Shown piece by piece: positions 1 to 9,809 of a stretch of 64,000 bases of DNA (positions are counted from its first letter, which is position 1; the number at the start of each line of letters is the position of its first letter). A program made the position numbers and the translations under genes. The notes below the pieces were generated by a model. The model was not told the DNA's origin. It did no database searches and saw only the letters and a program-made list of their open reading frames with translations. Source of the stretch: a bacterium (GTDB lineage: Bacteria > UBA8248); assembly GCA_963692865.2 (NCBI GenBank), contig OY843592.1:3392001-3456000 (forward strand), written 5' to 3'.

Positions 1-1362
1 TACATGGGATTCGGGAAGTTCAACCACATCTGGTACGGCCTGTTGAACATGTTCTGCAGGAACCTGGGACCCAGCGGCAAGCTGAGCTTCATCGACATCG
101 AGGCGACGATGGAAGCGGACCCCGAGGCCATCGAAACCCTGGGCGTCGAGAAAATCGAGGGATACACCTGGAAGAACCTGCTCGATCTGGACGCCTGCAC
201 GAACTGCGGCCGCTGCCAGGACGTCTGCCCCGCCTACATGAGCGGCGTGCCGCTCAGCCCCAAAAAGCTTATCCAGGACATGAAGACCCACCTGAGCGAG
301 GCGGGTCCGGCGGCGCTCGCGGAAAACGGAGAAGCCGCCGAGAGGCCGCCCCTGTTCGGCGAGCCCGGGGACGAACCCGCCGTGCTCGAGGAAGAACTCT
401 GGGGCTGCCGCACCTGCGGGGCCTGCCAGCAGGAGTGCCCCGTGTTCATCGAGCACATCCCCAAGATGGTGGACATGCGGCGCTACCTGGTGATGATGGA
501 ATCCAAAACGAGCGAGGACGCGCGCCAGTTCCTGAAGTCGATGGACGAACGGCTCCACCCCTGGGTGGGCGCGCAGCATAACCGCGAGGAGTGGTACGAG
601 GGTCTGGACGTGAAAGTCCTCGCAAGCGGCGAGAAGGCGGAATACCTCTATTGGGTGGGCTGTACGGGCTCGATGATCGACCGCAACATCGAGGTATCAA
701 AGGCGATGGTGAAGATTTTGAGCGCGGCGGGCGTGGACTTCGCCATCCTGGGCGCGGAGGAGGTCTGCACGGGCGACCCGGCCCGGCGCGTCGGGGGCGA
801 ATTCACCTTCCAGATGTGCGCAAAGCAGAACATCGAGACGCTGAACGGCTATGAGGTGCAGAAAATCATCACCACATGCCCGCATTGCTTCAACACGTAC
901 AAGAACGAATACCCCGACTTCGGGGGAAACTACGAGGTGGTGCACCACACGCAACTCATCGCGGAACTCATCAAATCAGGAAGGCTCAAGCTCAAGAAAT
1001 CGCTCGGCTCACTCACCTATCACGACCCCTGCTACCTGGGCCGCCACAACGGCGTATACGACGCGCCGCGCGAGGTTTTGCACCAGATATCGGACGGCGG
1101 CTTCACCGAACTCGCGCGCAACCGCTCGCGTTCTCTGTGCTGCGGCGCGGGAGGCGGCTACGCCTGGATGGACGACGAACCCCAAAAGCGCATCAACCAC
1201 GAGCGGCTCGAGGACGTGAAGGCCTGCGGGGCCAAAACCGCCGCCGTATCGTGTCCCTTCTGCATGCAGATGTTCGACGACGCACTCAAGGCGCTCGACC
1301 CGGAGAAGAACATCCGCGCCGCCGACATCGCCGAACTCGTCGCCGAGGCGATTGAGGAATAG
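1..1362 (+). CDS. Fe-S oxidoreductase, FadF/HdrD/GlpC-like (5' partial)
   Basis: Two CxxCxxCxxxCP ferredoxin motifs (CTNCGRCQDVCP, CRTCGACQQECP) and two CCG-type domains (TTCPHC, YHDPCYLGR, CCGAGGG, SCPFC); frame open to window edge. Confidence 0.9.
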   Translation, partial: YMGFGKFNHIWYGLLNMFCRNLGPSGKLSFIDIEATMEADPEAIETLGVEKIEGYTWKNLLDLDACTNCGRCQDVCPAYMSGVPLSPKKLIQDMKTHLSEAGPAALAENGEAAERPPLFGEPGDEPAVLEEELWGCRTCGACQQECPVFIEHIPKMVDMRRYLVMMESKTSEDARQFLKSMDERLHPWVGAQHNREEWYEGLDVKVLASGEKAEYLYWVGCTGSMIDRNIEVSKAMVKILSAAGVDFAILGAEEVCTGDPARRVGGEFTFQMCAKQNIETLNGYEVQKIITTCPHCFNTYKNEYPDFGGNYEVVHHTQLIAELIKSGRLKLKKSLGSLTYHDPCYLGRHNGVYDAPREVLHQISDGGFTELARNRSRSLCCGAGGGYAWMDDEPQKRINHERLEDVKACGAKTAAVSCPFCMQMFDDALKALDPEKNIRAADIAELVAEAIEE

Positions 1363-1612
1363 GAGCCGCCCGACTTCTTGTCCCGCCCGATGCGGCGTCG
1401 GCCCCGTATTTTCGTTTCGTTTCACATACTCGCCCGCCATTTTCGCGGCGGGAGTCCGCAATCCCGAGCCTTTCCGGCGTCTTTTTTTTTGAAAAACGAA
1501 ATAAATAAAGAGATAATCGACCGTATCGGAGCGACGCCGACGATATCAACCCGCTCGCGAGACCGATCCGAATCAGGGCGGATGCTCCCGTACCGACGTT
1601 GGGAGGAACCGG

Positions 1613-2452
1613 ATGAGAAACATGCTCCGGAGATTCAAAAAATTGTTCGGGGCTTCGCGCGAAGGCGAGGAACAGGCTCCGCCTTCTTTCCTGCCGGAAA
1701 GCGCGGAAATCCGCGAGGAGACGCTTGACGGACGGGAGCTCACGTCTGAGACCGAAAACGCCCGATTCCTCGGTGAAATCGTCAACCGCTCCATTCATCT
1801 GAGCCAACTCGCCGGCGAACAGGCGAAGGCGGGGGATATCGAGGGCGCCATCGAGACCGCCCGAGGCATCGGCAGCGCCCTTTTCTACGCCTCCGCCTTG
1901 CGGGAAATCGCCATCGCGCAGGCGAGGGCGGGACACATCAGCGAAGCCATCGAAACGATACGCCGAATCGACGACCCCGATGATCAGATGGAGGCGCTCA
2001 AGCACTTCTCCGCCGTTCAGAGTGGTCCCGCCGCTGCAATCGCCTCCCACACGTTGAACGCCGCACTGGAGGCTATCGAGGAGATCCGCGACGAAAAAAG
2101 CCTTTCCGAAGAAGCGTGGCGAAACGTCATGGACCTGACCGAGGCGGGAGATTTCACCGCCGCCGTTCAGAGCGCCCGCGAAATCGGCGATCCTTCCTGG
2201 CGCTCATGGGCGTTACAGGAAATCGCCACGGGCCAGGCGAATGCGGGAGACTTCCCCTCCGCTCTCAACTCCGCGGGCGGCATCAGCAAGATTCCCTACC
2301 GCTCCTGGGCCTATCGGGACATCGCCGTTGCGCAGGCCGAAGCCGGGCAAATCGACGCCGCCCTCGATACCGCGCAGCGCATTGAAGACCCCGAGGACAG
2401 CGAGCAGGCGCTGGCGGCCATCGAAGAACAAAAGGAGCAACGCGGCGACTAG
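1613..2452 (+). CDS. Helical-repeat (TPR-like) hypothetical protein, paralog 1
   Basis: Repeated ~38-aa unit AxxxARxIxDPxxRSWALxEIAxAQAxAG; GGAGG RBS upstream. Confidence 0.8.
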   Translation: MRNMLRRFKKLFGASREGEEQAPPSFLPESAEIREETLDGRELTSETENARFLGEIVNRSIHLSQLAGEQAKAGDIEGAIETARGIGSALFYASALREIAIAQARAGHISEAIETIRRIDDPDDQMEALKHFSAVQSGPAAAIASHTLNAALEAIEEIRDEKSLSEEAWRNVMDLTEAGDFTAAVQSAREIGDPSWRSWALQEIATGQANAGDFPSALNSAGGISKIPYRSWAYRDIAVAQAEAGQIDAALDTAQRIEDPEDSEQALAAIEEQKEQRGD

Positions 2453-2768
2453 CGCGTGAAACCGAGGTGTCGATTCCGGTGGACTCTTCGGCGAAGCAAG
2501 GAGGGAGTCAGGGAGCGCCCGGACCTTCGCCCCCTGTCTGGTTCGGGCTTCGGCCGCGGATTTCGACAAGTCTCCCGAAACTCTCCCGCCATTTTCGCAA
2601 CGACGGGCCGGAAACTTCGGTTATTTCTTGACAAGAATGAAGCGGCGTATTGAAATGCGAATGCGGCACAAGACTCAATCCGTTTGAACCGAATCGGTGG
2701 AGAAGCCTCGTTGACGCATCATGCCTCCGGGGGGTGATGTTCCCGCATGGGGCATTGAGGAACACCCG

Positions 2769-3605
2769 GTGCCAAAGATATTCAGAAACCTGATGAAACG
2801 TCTCGGCATTTCCCGCGAAGGAGAGAAGTCGGTTCCGGCTGCCTCCGGCGAATCGGAGCGCACGAAGGGAACAGATACAGCCGGCCAGACGCACGAATCG
2901 GCGGATGAAATCTCCCGATACTTCGAGGAGACCACCAATAACTCCATGTCCCTTCACCGGCTCGTCTCCGCTCAGGCGGAGGCGGAGGATATCGATGACG
3001 CCATCGAGACCGCAAAGGGCATCGGCAGTTCCCTGTTTTACGCCGCCGCCCTGATGAAAATCGGCATCGCGCAAGCGCAGGCGGGACATATCCAGGGCGC
3101 CATAGAGACGATACGCCGCATCGACGACCCCGAGGATTGCGCCGAGGTGCTGAAGCACTTCTCCTACATCAAGAACATGGCCAGTCCGGAAACCATCGAC
3201 GATTTAATCAGAGTCTCTATGGAAGGAATCAGAGAAATCCGCGACGACGAGGATTCCGCCCGGACATCCTGGGAAACCGCCACGAGTCTGGCCGGGAAGG
3301 GAGATTTCACCGCCGCCGTTCAGGCCGCGCGTGACATCGCCGACCCCTTCTGGCGCTCGTGGACCTTACAGGAAATCGCCACCGCGCAGGCGCTGGCGGG
3401 GCGTTTCGCCGCCGCTCTCAAATGCGCAGGCGGCATAGGCCAACCCATCTACCGCTCCTGGGCCTATAAAGATATCGCAACCGCGCAGGTAGAGGCGGGA
3501 CAAATCGACGCCGCTCTCGATACCGCGCGCCGCATCGAAGACCCCGAACACCGCGCCGAAGCGACGGCGGCCATCGAAAAACTCAAGGAACAACGCGGCG
3601 AGTAG
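2769..3605 (+). CDS. Helical-repeat (TPR-like) hypothetical protein, paralog 2
   Basis: Aligns along its length with 1613-2452 and shares the KEQRG(D/E) end; GTG start after GAGG. Confidence 0.8.
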   Translation: MPKIFRNLMKRLGISREGEKSVPAASGESERTKGTDTAGQTHESADEISRYFEETTNNSMSLHRLVSAQAEAEDIDDAIETAKGIGSSLFYAAALMKIGIAQAQAGHIQGAIETIRRIDDPEDCAEVLKHFSYIKNMASPETIDDLIRVSMEGIREIRDDEDSARTSWETATSLAGKGDFTAAVQAARDIADPFWRSWTLQEIATAQALAGRFAAALKCAGGIGQPIYRSWAYKDIATAQVEAGQIDAALDTARRIEDPEHRAEATAAIEKLKEQRGE

Positions 3606-3751
3606 CGAGCGGCACCCCATCCCGAGTACTTACCCTGAAATCAAACGTCCGCCGATAAAAACCGCAGCCGAAGCCGCGCGGCCTTCTGTGCGCTCCGGCG
3701 CATCATCGGGGTGTCCTCAAGCGGCGTGGGCGAAGCTGGGAAGTCCGTCCG

Positions 3752-4447
3752 TCAGCGGGATTCGTCTTCGCGACCGGCGGGGGCGACGCGGATGTCGCCG
3801 TACCAGCCCCGCGCCGAAAGCCCGCTGTTGTCCGAGTCGGTCATGATGGCGACGTGGGTGACCTCGGTGATGTCGCGGCCGAAGTAGCGCCTGAAATCCT
3901 CGCGCATGTTCCGGCGATGGGTGCGCCACCGCCCGGCGTGGCTCGCGCCCGAATCGACGGCGACCATGCGCGCTTTTTTCGTGAAGGGGTTCGGCCAGGA
4001 GGAGCCTTCGGGCCGGCGGCTGGCCCAGACGTAGACCACCGAATCCGGGAAAGAGAGCATCCCGGCGCCGGGGGCGATGAAATACACGCGGGCGGCGAAG
4101 TCGTCCCCCTCTTTCGATAGTTCATCCGGCGGGTCGACGGGGCGCTCGACCCGCCAGCGCCAGATGAGGATCGGCGTTTTCGTGAGGTCGATCTTCCGCT
4201 CCAGAACGAGGCCGGACGCGGCCCCCTCGCTCACCGCCTCGAGGACGATTTCGCCCCCCCGGTCCCTGACGAGGCGATAGCGGGTCTCTCCCTTGAAGCT
4301 CTTGGAGCGCCAGCCTGTGAGGTCGCCCGCCGAAAATCGTCCGAGCGCTACCTCCTGCGCGCGGGGGGCGCCGGGAGCGAGCGCGAGGAGCGCGACCAAC
4401 GAACCGAGGGCCACGGCGGGGAATTTACGAAAACGGTAAGGGCGCAC
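3752..4447 (-). CDS. DUF3047 family exported protein
   Basis: Signal peptide; motifs WRWRV, GDDFAARVY, YVWAS, AIMTDSDN. Confidence 0.85.
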   Translation of the reverse strand: MRPYRFRKFPAVALGSLVALLALAPGAPRAQEVALGRFSAGDLTGWRSKSFKGETRYRLVRDRGGEIVLEAVSEGAASGLVLERKIDLTKTPILIWRWRVERPVDPPDELSKEGDDFAARVYFIAPGAGMLSFPDSVVYVWASRRPEGSSWPNPFTKKARMVAVDSGASHAGRWRTHRRNMREDFRRYFGRDITEVTHVAIMTDSDNSGLSARGWYGDIRVAPAGREDESR

Positions 4448-4457
4448 CCGGAAAACC

Positions 4458-5126
4458 TCAGCGGCAAAACGGCCATATCTGATACCACGAATCGCAGCGG
4501 AACCTCGATTCGCAGCGCGCGAGCTGGGCCTGGTAGCGCCGGGCGGTCTCGGCCACCCGCTGCGCGGCGCGCCGCAGGGCGGGCTTCTTTTTCCAGGTGC
4601 CGCGCCGGTAGCCGCCCCTTCCGTCGTGGTAGGCGAGATAGAGCCTGCGCGCGTCGCGCAGGGAGATGCCCAGTTCGCGCCGGGTCTTGGCGTTGTACCA
4701 GCCGATGAAGTCGAGCGCGTCCTTCATGCTCGTCCGGCTGCTCAAGGCGCTGCCGCGCTCCGCCTTGTACTCACGCCAGGTCTGGTTCAGGGACTGCGCA
4801 TAGCCCAGGGCCGTAGAGGCGCGGCCGAGCGGGATGAACAGGAACCATCGCATCGGCGGCCTCGCGTGGCTCTGGAAGCTCGATTCCTTCCACACGAACG
4901 CCATGAGCACGTGCACCGGCGTGCCCCAGCGCTTCTCGGACGCGCGGGCGTAGTCGTACCAGTCGGGCTGCTGCTCGAAAACCGCGCAGATGTTCCCCTG
5001 CCGCCTCGGCGTGGGCGTCACGCAGCCGCTTACGAGGAAAGCGAGGGCGATGGCCAAGGCGACACGGCGGCGCAAGCGCGCGCGCCATTTCCAGAGTCCG
5101 TTCGAGCGAACGAGTGAGAAAGGCAT
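4458..5126 (-). CDS. Transglycosylase SLT-like lipoprotein
   Basis: Lipobox LVSGC; ESSF catalytic motif, ALGYAQ, DFIGWY, YLAYHDG; start uncertain. Confidence 0.8.
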   Translation of the reverse strand: MPFSLVRSNGLWKWRARLRRRVALAIALAFLVSGCVTPTPRRQGNICAVFEQQPDWYDYARASEKRWGTPVHVLMAFVWKESSFQSHARPPMRWFLFIPLGRASTALGYAQSLNQTWREYKAERGSALSSRTSMKDALDFIGWYNAKTRRELGISLRDARRLYLAYHDGRGGYRRGTWKKKPALRRAAQRVAETARRYQAQLARCESRFRCDSWYQIWPFCR

Positions 5127-5191
5127 CGGCTCATCATCTCCATGACCGGGCGGAGATGCGTTTGTTGTTAATAAATGCACGGCAAAAGGTT

Positions 5192-5398
5192 TTGTCAATC
5201 ATTTTCGCCCAAAAATGAGCGACAAACGGCTTTGTTGTTCATACGTGAGCGACAAGGCGTTTTTTTCGTCTCTATTCGGGCGGCGATGGTGCGTTTCTGC
5301 CAACGAGTGCGAAAAAACCGGCGTTTCCGATCACTTTCAGCCCAAAAGTGCTGCACAAACAAGTTTGTGTTGCATAGATGCGCCTCAAAACGGCTTTT
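5192..5398. repeat. 207-bp direct repeat, copy 1 (downstream of Fic gene)
   Basis: Near-identical to 6629-6835 by direct comparison. Confidence 0.95.
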
Positions 5399-6500
5399 TC
5401 CCCTCCGCAGTGTTGAGTAAATCAGGGAATGAAAGGATAGGCGATCGGCGACCTCCCCCACTTCTAACAACGCTCAGGACTTCATTTTGCCGAAGCACTC
5501 GAAGCACACGCCGCGCCGTCGGCTCAGGAATGCCCGCCGTGTTCACAAAATCAATGCTGCGGAAAATTGGACGCTCAAAGATCCAGTCCAGGGCGTGGAC
5601 GGCGTAGTGGGAGCGGGTCAATTCCGCCACACGTATTTTCATGTCCTCGTAGAGGTCGAGAATGGCCCTGGCTTTGGCCAGATTGTCCTCCGCCTGCACC
5701 TTCACCCCTTCGAGAAAGAATCTGGACCAGCCAGTCCAATCTTCGTCGCGCGAGACGGCGAGCAGCCCATCATAATACGCATCGCGATGCGCTTCGAAAT
5801 AGGCGCTGATGTAGAACATGGGACGGCTGATGAGACCACGCTGCCAAAGGAAAAGAGGCGCCAGCATCCGCCCCAGTCGGCCGTTGCCGTCCAGGAAAGG
5901 GTGCAGGGCTTCGAACTCGGCGTGCAGAACGGCCGCCTGCACCAGTAGAGCGGGCGTATCCTGGTGCATATATCGTTCCCAGGCGCTCATGGCCTCGTCG
6001 AGTTTCTCCGCCCCGATAGGCACGAACGTGGCGGTGTCGATGGAACATCCCGGCGGCCCGATCCAGTTGGGGATGCGCCTATACTCACCGGGGGACTTGT
6101 TCCTCCCACGCACCCCGGAAAGCAATAAGCGGTGTGTCTCGCGGATGACTCTCCCGGAAAGCGGCAACGTTTCCAACATCTTCTCTGCATTCCGCATCGC
6201 GGCGCGGTAGTTGCGTATTTCTTCGATGTCGTCACGACGTTCAGGGGAATCCACCTCCTGCCCCGCCTCGAACTCCAGCACTTCGCCCATGGTGGCCTGG
6301 GTGCCCTCGATGCGCGAGGAGAGCACCGCCTCCTGGGTAGTCAAAGGCGAAAGCAACACGCCGGGGTTGGGGATGGCGGCAAGCACGCCGTCGTAGCGCG
6401 CCAGGGCCGCGACCGCAGGGCCGAGCAGCGGCACGAGCGCTTCCCAATCGAGGCTATCCTCGGGAGGAAAACGCCCTTCATGGTAGTGAACCGGAGTCAT
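5385..6500 (-). CDS. Fic family protein with C-terminal HTH
   Basis: Fic motif HPFLDGNGRLGR; N-terminal inhibitory motif SSRIEG. Confidence 0.93.
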   Translation of the reverse strand: MTPVHYHEGRFPPEDSLDWEALVPLLGPAVAALARYDGVLAAIPNPGVLLSPLTTQEAVLSSRIEGTQATMGEVLEFEAGQEVDSPERRDDIEEIRNYRAAMRNAEKMLETLPLSGRVIRETHRLLLSGVRGRNKSPGEYRRIPNWIGPPGCSIDTATFVPIGAEKLDEAMSAWERYMHQDTPALLVQAAVLHAEFEALHPFLDGNGRLGRMLAPLFLWQRGLISRPMFYISAYFEAHRDAYYDGLLAVSRDEDWTGWSRFFLEGVKVQAEDNLAKARAILDLYEDMKIRVAELTRSHYAVHALDWIFERPIFRSIDFVNTAGIPEPTARRVLRVLRQNEVLSVVRSGGGRRSPILSFPDLLNTAEGKKPF

Positions 6501-6628
6501 CTATCCTATCCAAACCTCTTCATAAAACTGTTGATGATGATTTTCTCCATCGAAAAAAGCGCTCAGTCGCCCACAAACCAACTCTTGATGATACTACTTA
6601 TCTCTTGATAATGAAATTGATGCCGCCC

Positions 6629-6835
6629 TTGCCAATCATTTTCGCCCAAAAGTGAGCGGCAAGCGGTTTTGTCGTTCATACGTGAGCGACAAGGCGTTTT
6701 TTTCGTCTCTATTCGGGCGGCGATAGTGCGTTTCTGCCAACGAGTGCGAAAAAACCGGCGTTTCTGATCACTTTCAGCCCAAAAGTGATCCACAAACAAG
6801 TTTGTGTTGCATAGATGCGCCTCAAAACGGCTTTT
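6629..6835. repeat. 207-bp direct repeat, copy 2 (upstream of Fic gene)
   Basis: Near-identical to 5192-5398. Confidence 0.95.
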
Positions 6836-6879
6836 CTCTGCCGTGATACTGAAAATATGGGCGGTGGACGGATTTCGTA

Positions 6880-8022
6880 TCAGTTGAGCAGATGCTTGGC
6901 GATGACCTGGCGGAGTATCTCGTTCGTCCCCTCGTAGATCTGCGTCACCTTCGAAGCCCGGTAGAAGCGCTCCACGGGATACTCGCGCATGTAGCCGTTG
7001 CCCCCGTGGAGTTGAACGCCCTCCTCCGCGTTGCGCTGGGCGGCGTCGGTGGCGAACACCTTGGCGACGGCGGCTTCGGCCGAGTAGGGCGCGCCCGCCT
7101 CCTTGAGCCGCGCCGCCTTGAGCGTCAGCAGACGCGCGCCGTGGACGCGCACGGCCATGTCGGCGAGCTTCCAGCCCACCGGCTGGTGATCCTTTATCGG
7201 CGCGCCGAACGTCTCGCGCTCGCGCGCGTAGGCCACCGAGGCGTCGAGACACGCCCGCGCGAAGCCCAGCCCCTGGGCGGCGACGATGATGCGCCCCGAA
7301 TCCAGGATGCGCATCGCGAGCTCGAAGCCCTGCCCCTCATCCCCCATGCGGTTCGCCTCGGGCAGTTCCACGGCGTCGAAGCGAAGTTCCGATATCGAAC
7401 ACCCGTGCATCCCCATCTTGTCCTCGCTGCGCACGACCTCGAATCCCCGGGCGTCGCTCGGGACGAGAAAGGCGCTCAGCCCCTTGTGGCGCATGGCGCG
7501 ATCGGTCACCGCGAAGAGAAGGCACAGGCCCGCCTGCTTGCCGCTCGTGATGAAGCGCTTGACGCCGCTTACGCGGTAGACGTCCCCCTCGCGCACGGCG
7601 CTGGTGGTGAGCGAGGCGGCGTCAGAACCCGCGCCCGGCTCCGTCAGCGCGAAGGCGCCGATGCACTCGCCGCTCGCCAGGTCGTAGAGGAATTTTTCTT
7701 TTTGCCCCTCGCTCCCGTAGAGATACAAGGGATCGCAGACCAGCGAGTTGTGCGCCGCGAAAATCGCGCTCGTCGAAGGGCACGCGGCGGCGACTTCTTC
7801 CGTCGCCAGCGCCATCGAGACGGGGTCCGCGCCGCCTCCGCCGTAGGAATCCGGCACCGTGAGGCCCATCAGCCCGAGCTCGCCCATCCCCTTCACGACC
7901 TCCGCCGGGAAGCGGCCCTCGTCTATCTCCGCCGCCACCGGGGCGATCTCGCGCTCGCAGAAATCGCGCACCATATCGCGCACCATCTTCTGCTCGTCGC
8001 TCAGGAAACCATTGTTCTGCAT
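6880..8022 (-). CDS. Acyl-CoA dehydrogenase
   Basis: FALTEPGAGSD, GVKRFITSG, QLHGGNGY, IYEGTNEI motifs. Confidence 0.95.
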   Translation of the reverse strand: MQNNGFLSDEQKMVRDMVRDFCEREIAPVAAEIDEGRFPAEVVKGMGELGLMGLTVPDSYGGGGADPVSMALATEEVAAACPSTSAIFAAHNSLVCDPLYLYGSEGQKEKFLYDLASGECIGAFALTEPGAGSDAASLTTSAVREGDVYRVSGVKRFITSGKQAGLCLLFAVTDRAMRHKGLSAFLVPSDARGFEVVRSEDKMGMHGCSISELRFDAVELPEANRMGDEGQGFELAMRILDSGRIIVAAQGLGFARACLDASVAYARERETFGAPIKDHQPVGWKLADMAVRVHGARLLTLKAARLKEAGAPYSAEAAVAKVFATDAAQRNAEEGVQLHGGNGYMREYPVERFYRASKVTQIYEGTNEILRQVIAKHLLN

Positions 8023-8226
8023 CACCCAAGCCTCCACGGCGAATCGCTCCGCCGCCTCCGGTTCATTCCATAGACCCGACCTTTCAGGCCGACAATGTAG
8101 CAGGGCCTTGCCCGAAAATCACCTAAGCGGCATCATGGGGCGAAAATCGAAAGTTATGTCAGTTCACCCACCGGGATGATTCCCCGGAATCCCGAAGGCT
8201 GCGTACAGGCGCACAAGGAGAAGACC

Positions 8227-9207
8227 ATGACGGACAACATAGGCGTCCTCACGAGAGAGGACGTGCTCGATAGCCTCAATAACCTGCGCGCGGCGCAGGA
8301 GGTCGATTATTCGGCGTTTTATTCGAGCCACCTGGGCGGCGTGGTGACGGACCCCGCCCTGATGGTCATCCCCTTCGACGACCACATGGTCCACCGGGGC
8401 CACGGCATCTTCGACACGGCGGCCATCATCGAGGGGAAGATCTATGATCTCGAAAACCACCTGGACCGCTTTATCCGATCGGCGGAGGCGTCCAAGCTCG
8501 AACTGCCGAGCCGAGAGGAGATGCGCGAGATCGTCATCCGCACGAGCGCGCTCTCGGGCCGCCGCGAGGGATCCATCCGCTACTGGGCCTCCTCGGGAAC
8601 CGGAAATCTCGGGCTGATACCCGCCGGAGACGCCAAGCCCGCCTTTTTCGTGATGATCTTCGGCGGACTCGATTATCCCGAGCGCTACTACGCCGAGGGG
8701 ATGCGCGTGATGACGACCACCTACCCCATCAAGCCGCCGCTCTACGCGGTCACCAAGAGCACGAACTACCTGCCCAACACCCTCATGCAGATGGAGGCGA
8801 AAGAAGGCGGCCTCGACAACGGCATCTTCGTGGACGAGGCGGGCAACGTGGGCGAGGGCTCGAACATGAACTGCGCCTTCGTTACGGCGGGCGGCGTGCT
8901 GCGCCATCCCAGATTCGACAACATTCTCTCGGGCTGCACCGTGAAGCGCCTGCTCGAACTCGCGAGCCGTCTGGTGGAGCAGGGCGTCATCAATGACGTG
9001 GTGGTGGATGACATCCCCGCCGCCGAGGCCAAGGCGTCCGCCGAGATGATGCTCATCGGAAGCTCGATATACGTCGCCCCCGTCGTGCAGTGGGACGATC
9101 AGGTCATCGGGGACGGAAAACCCGGCCCCGTGACGAAGGCGATGCGCGAGTTGCTCGAAGAAGACATGCGCTCGGGCGAGGGAATGCTCATCGACGTGCC
9201 GTATTAG
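8227..9207 (+). CDS. Class IV aminotransferase (D-amino-acid aminotransferase/ADC lyase-like)
   Basis: DDHMVHRGHGIFDT, HLDRF, KSTNY (PLP lysine), EGSNMN, ILSGCT; AAGGAG RBS. Confidence 0.9.
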   Translation: MTDNIGVLTREDVLDSLNNLRAAQEVDYSAFYSSHLGGVVTDPALMVIPFDDHMVHRGHGIFDTAAIIEGKIYDLENHLDRFIRSAEASKLELPSREEMREIVIRTSALSGRREGSIRYWASSGTGNLGLIPAGDAKPAFFVMIFGGLDYPERYYAEGMRVMTTTYPIKPPLYAVTKSTNYLPNTLMQMEAKEGGLDNGIFVDEAGNVGEGSNMNCAFVTAGGVLRHPRFDNILSGCTVKRLLELASRLVEQGVINDVVVDDIPAAEAKASAEMMLIGSSIYVAPVVQWDDQVIGDGKPGPVTKAMRELLEEDMRSGEGMLIDVPY

Positions 9208-9246
9208 CCGGCCCGAGGTTCGCAAGGCTGTTGCGATAAGCCCTTT

Positions 9247-9514
9247 GGGGCTGTAGAGAAAGTCCTGAATTCGTGATTCGACGAATGGAGCCGACCGGGG
9301 AGGAGTATCCGTAGGGACAGGCCTCCGTGCCTGTCCGAGGTCGCGACCTGTAGATAGCCCCGAGGAAGGGTTGTGACTACAAGAGGCGGTGCGGTTTTGT
9401 TCGTCATTCCGGCAAAAGCCGCCGCACCGACCTCACCCTGAGTAGCCGCCGAAGGCGGCGTATCGAAGGGCGCTCCCTCGATACGGCGCGCGAGCGCGCC
9501 TACTCGGGATGAGG
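9247..9514. repeat. Composite palindromic repeat element (REP-like GTAG...CTAC pair, CGTCATTCCGGC motif, inverted CCTCACCCTGAG pair)
   Basis: 9247-9411 is a diverged reverse complement of 11540-11703; 9311-9380 GTAG/CTAC-ended hairpins; 9431-9514 inverted pair. Confidence 0.8.
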
Positions 9515-9549
9515 GAATTGTGTCATCGCGGGTCGGACCCAATTTATGA

Positions 9550-9803
9550 GGGGCTGTTGAAATACCTCTTTCGGATCGGACCGAACCTCTCCCCCCTAGG
9601 CCAGGATGTCAATATGCGTGTAGGGGTCGCATATATGCGACCCGCATTGTGAAGGCGAAAAGGCAGGGCCGCATGATATGTCAGACATATATGTCTGACC
9701 TACAATGCCATCGCGTTTTGCGTTGCAGGACAGGCACAGGGGCCTGTCCCTATAAACCTTCTACTTGCAGGCTCCCCATCCGGAAGACCTTTTCAACAAC
9801 CCT
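9550..9803. mobile_element. MITE-like element with GGGNTGTTGAAA terminal inverted repeats, carrying REP-like palindromes
   Basis: Left end ggggctgttgaaa, right end tttcaacaaccct; inner 9620-9703 is a diverged reverse complement of 16273-16359. Confidence 0.65.
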
Positions 9804-9809
9804 CTATGC

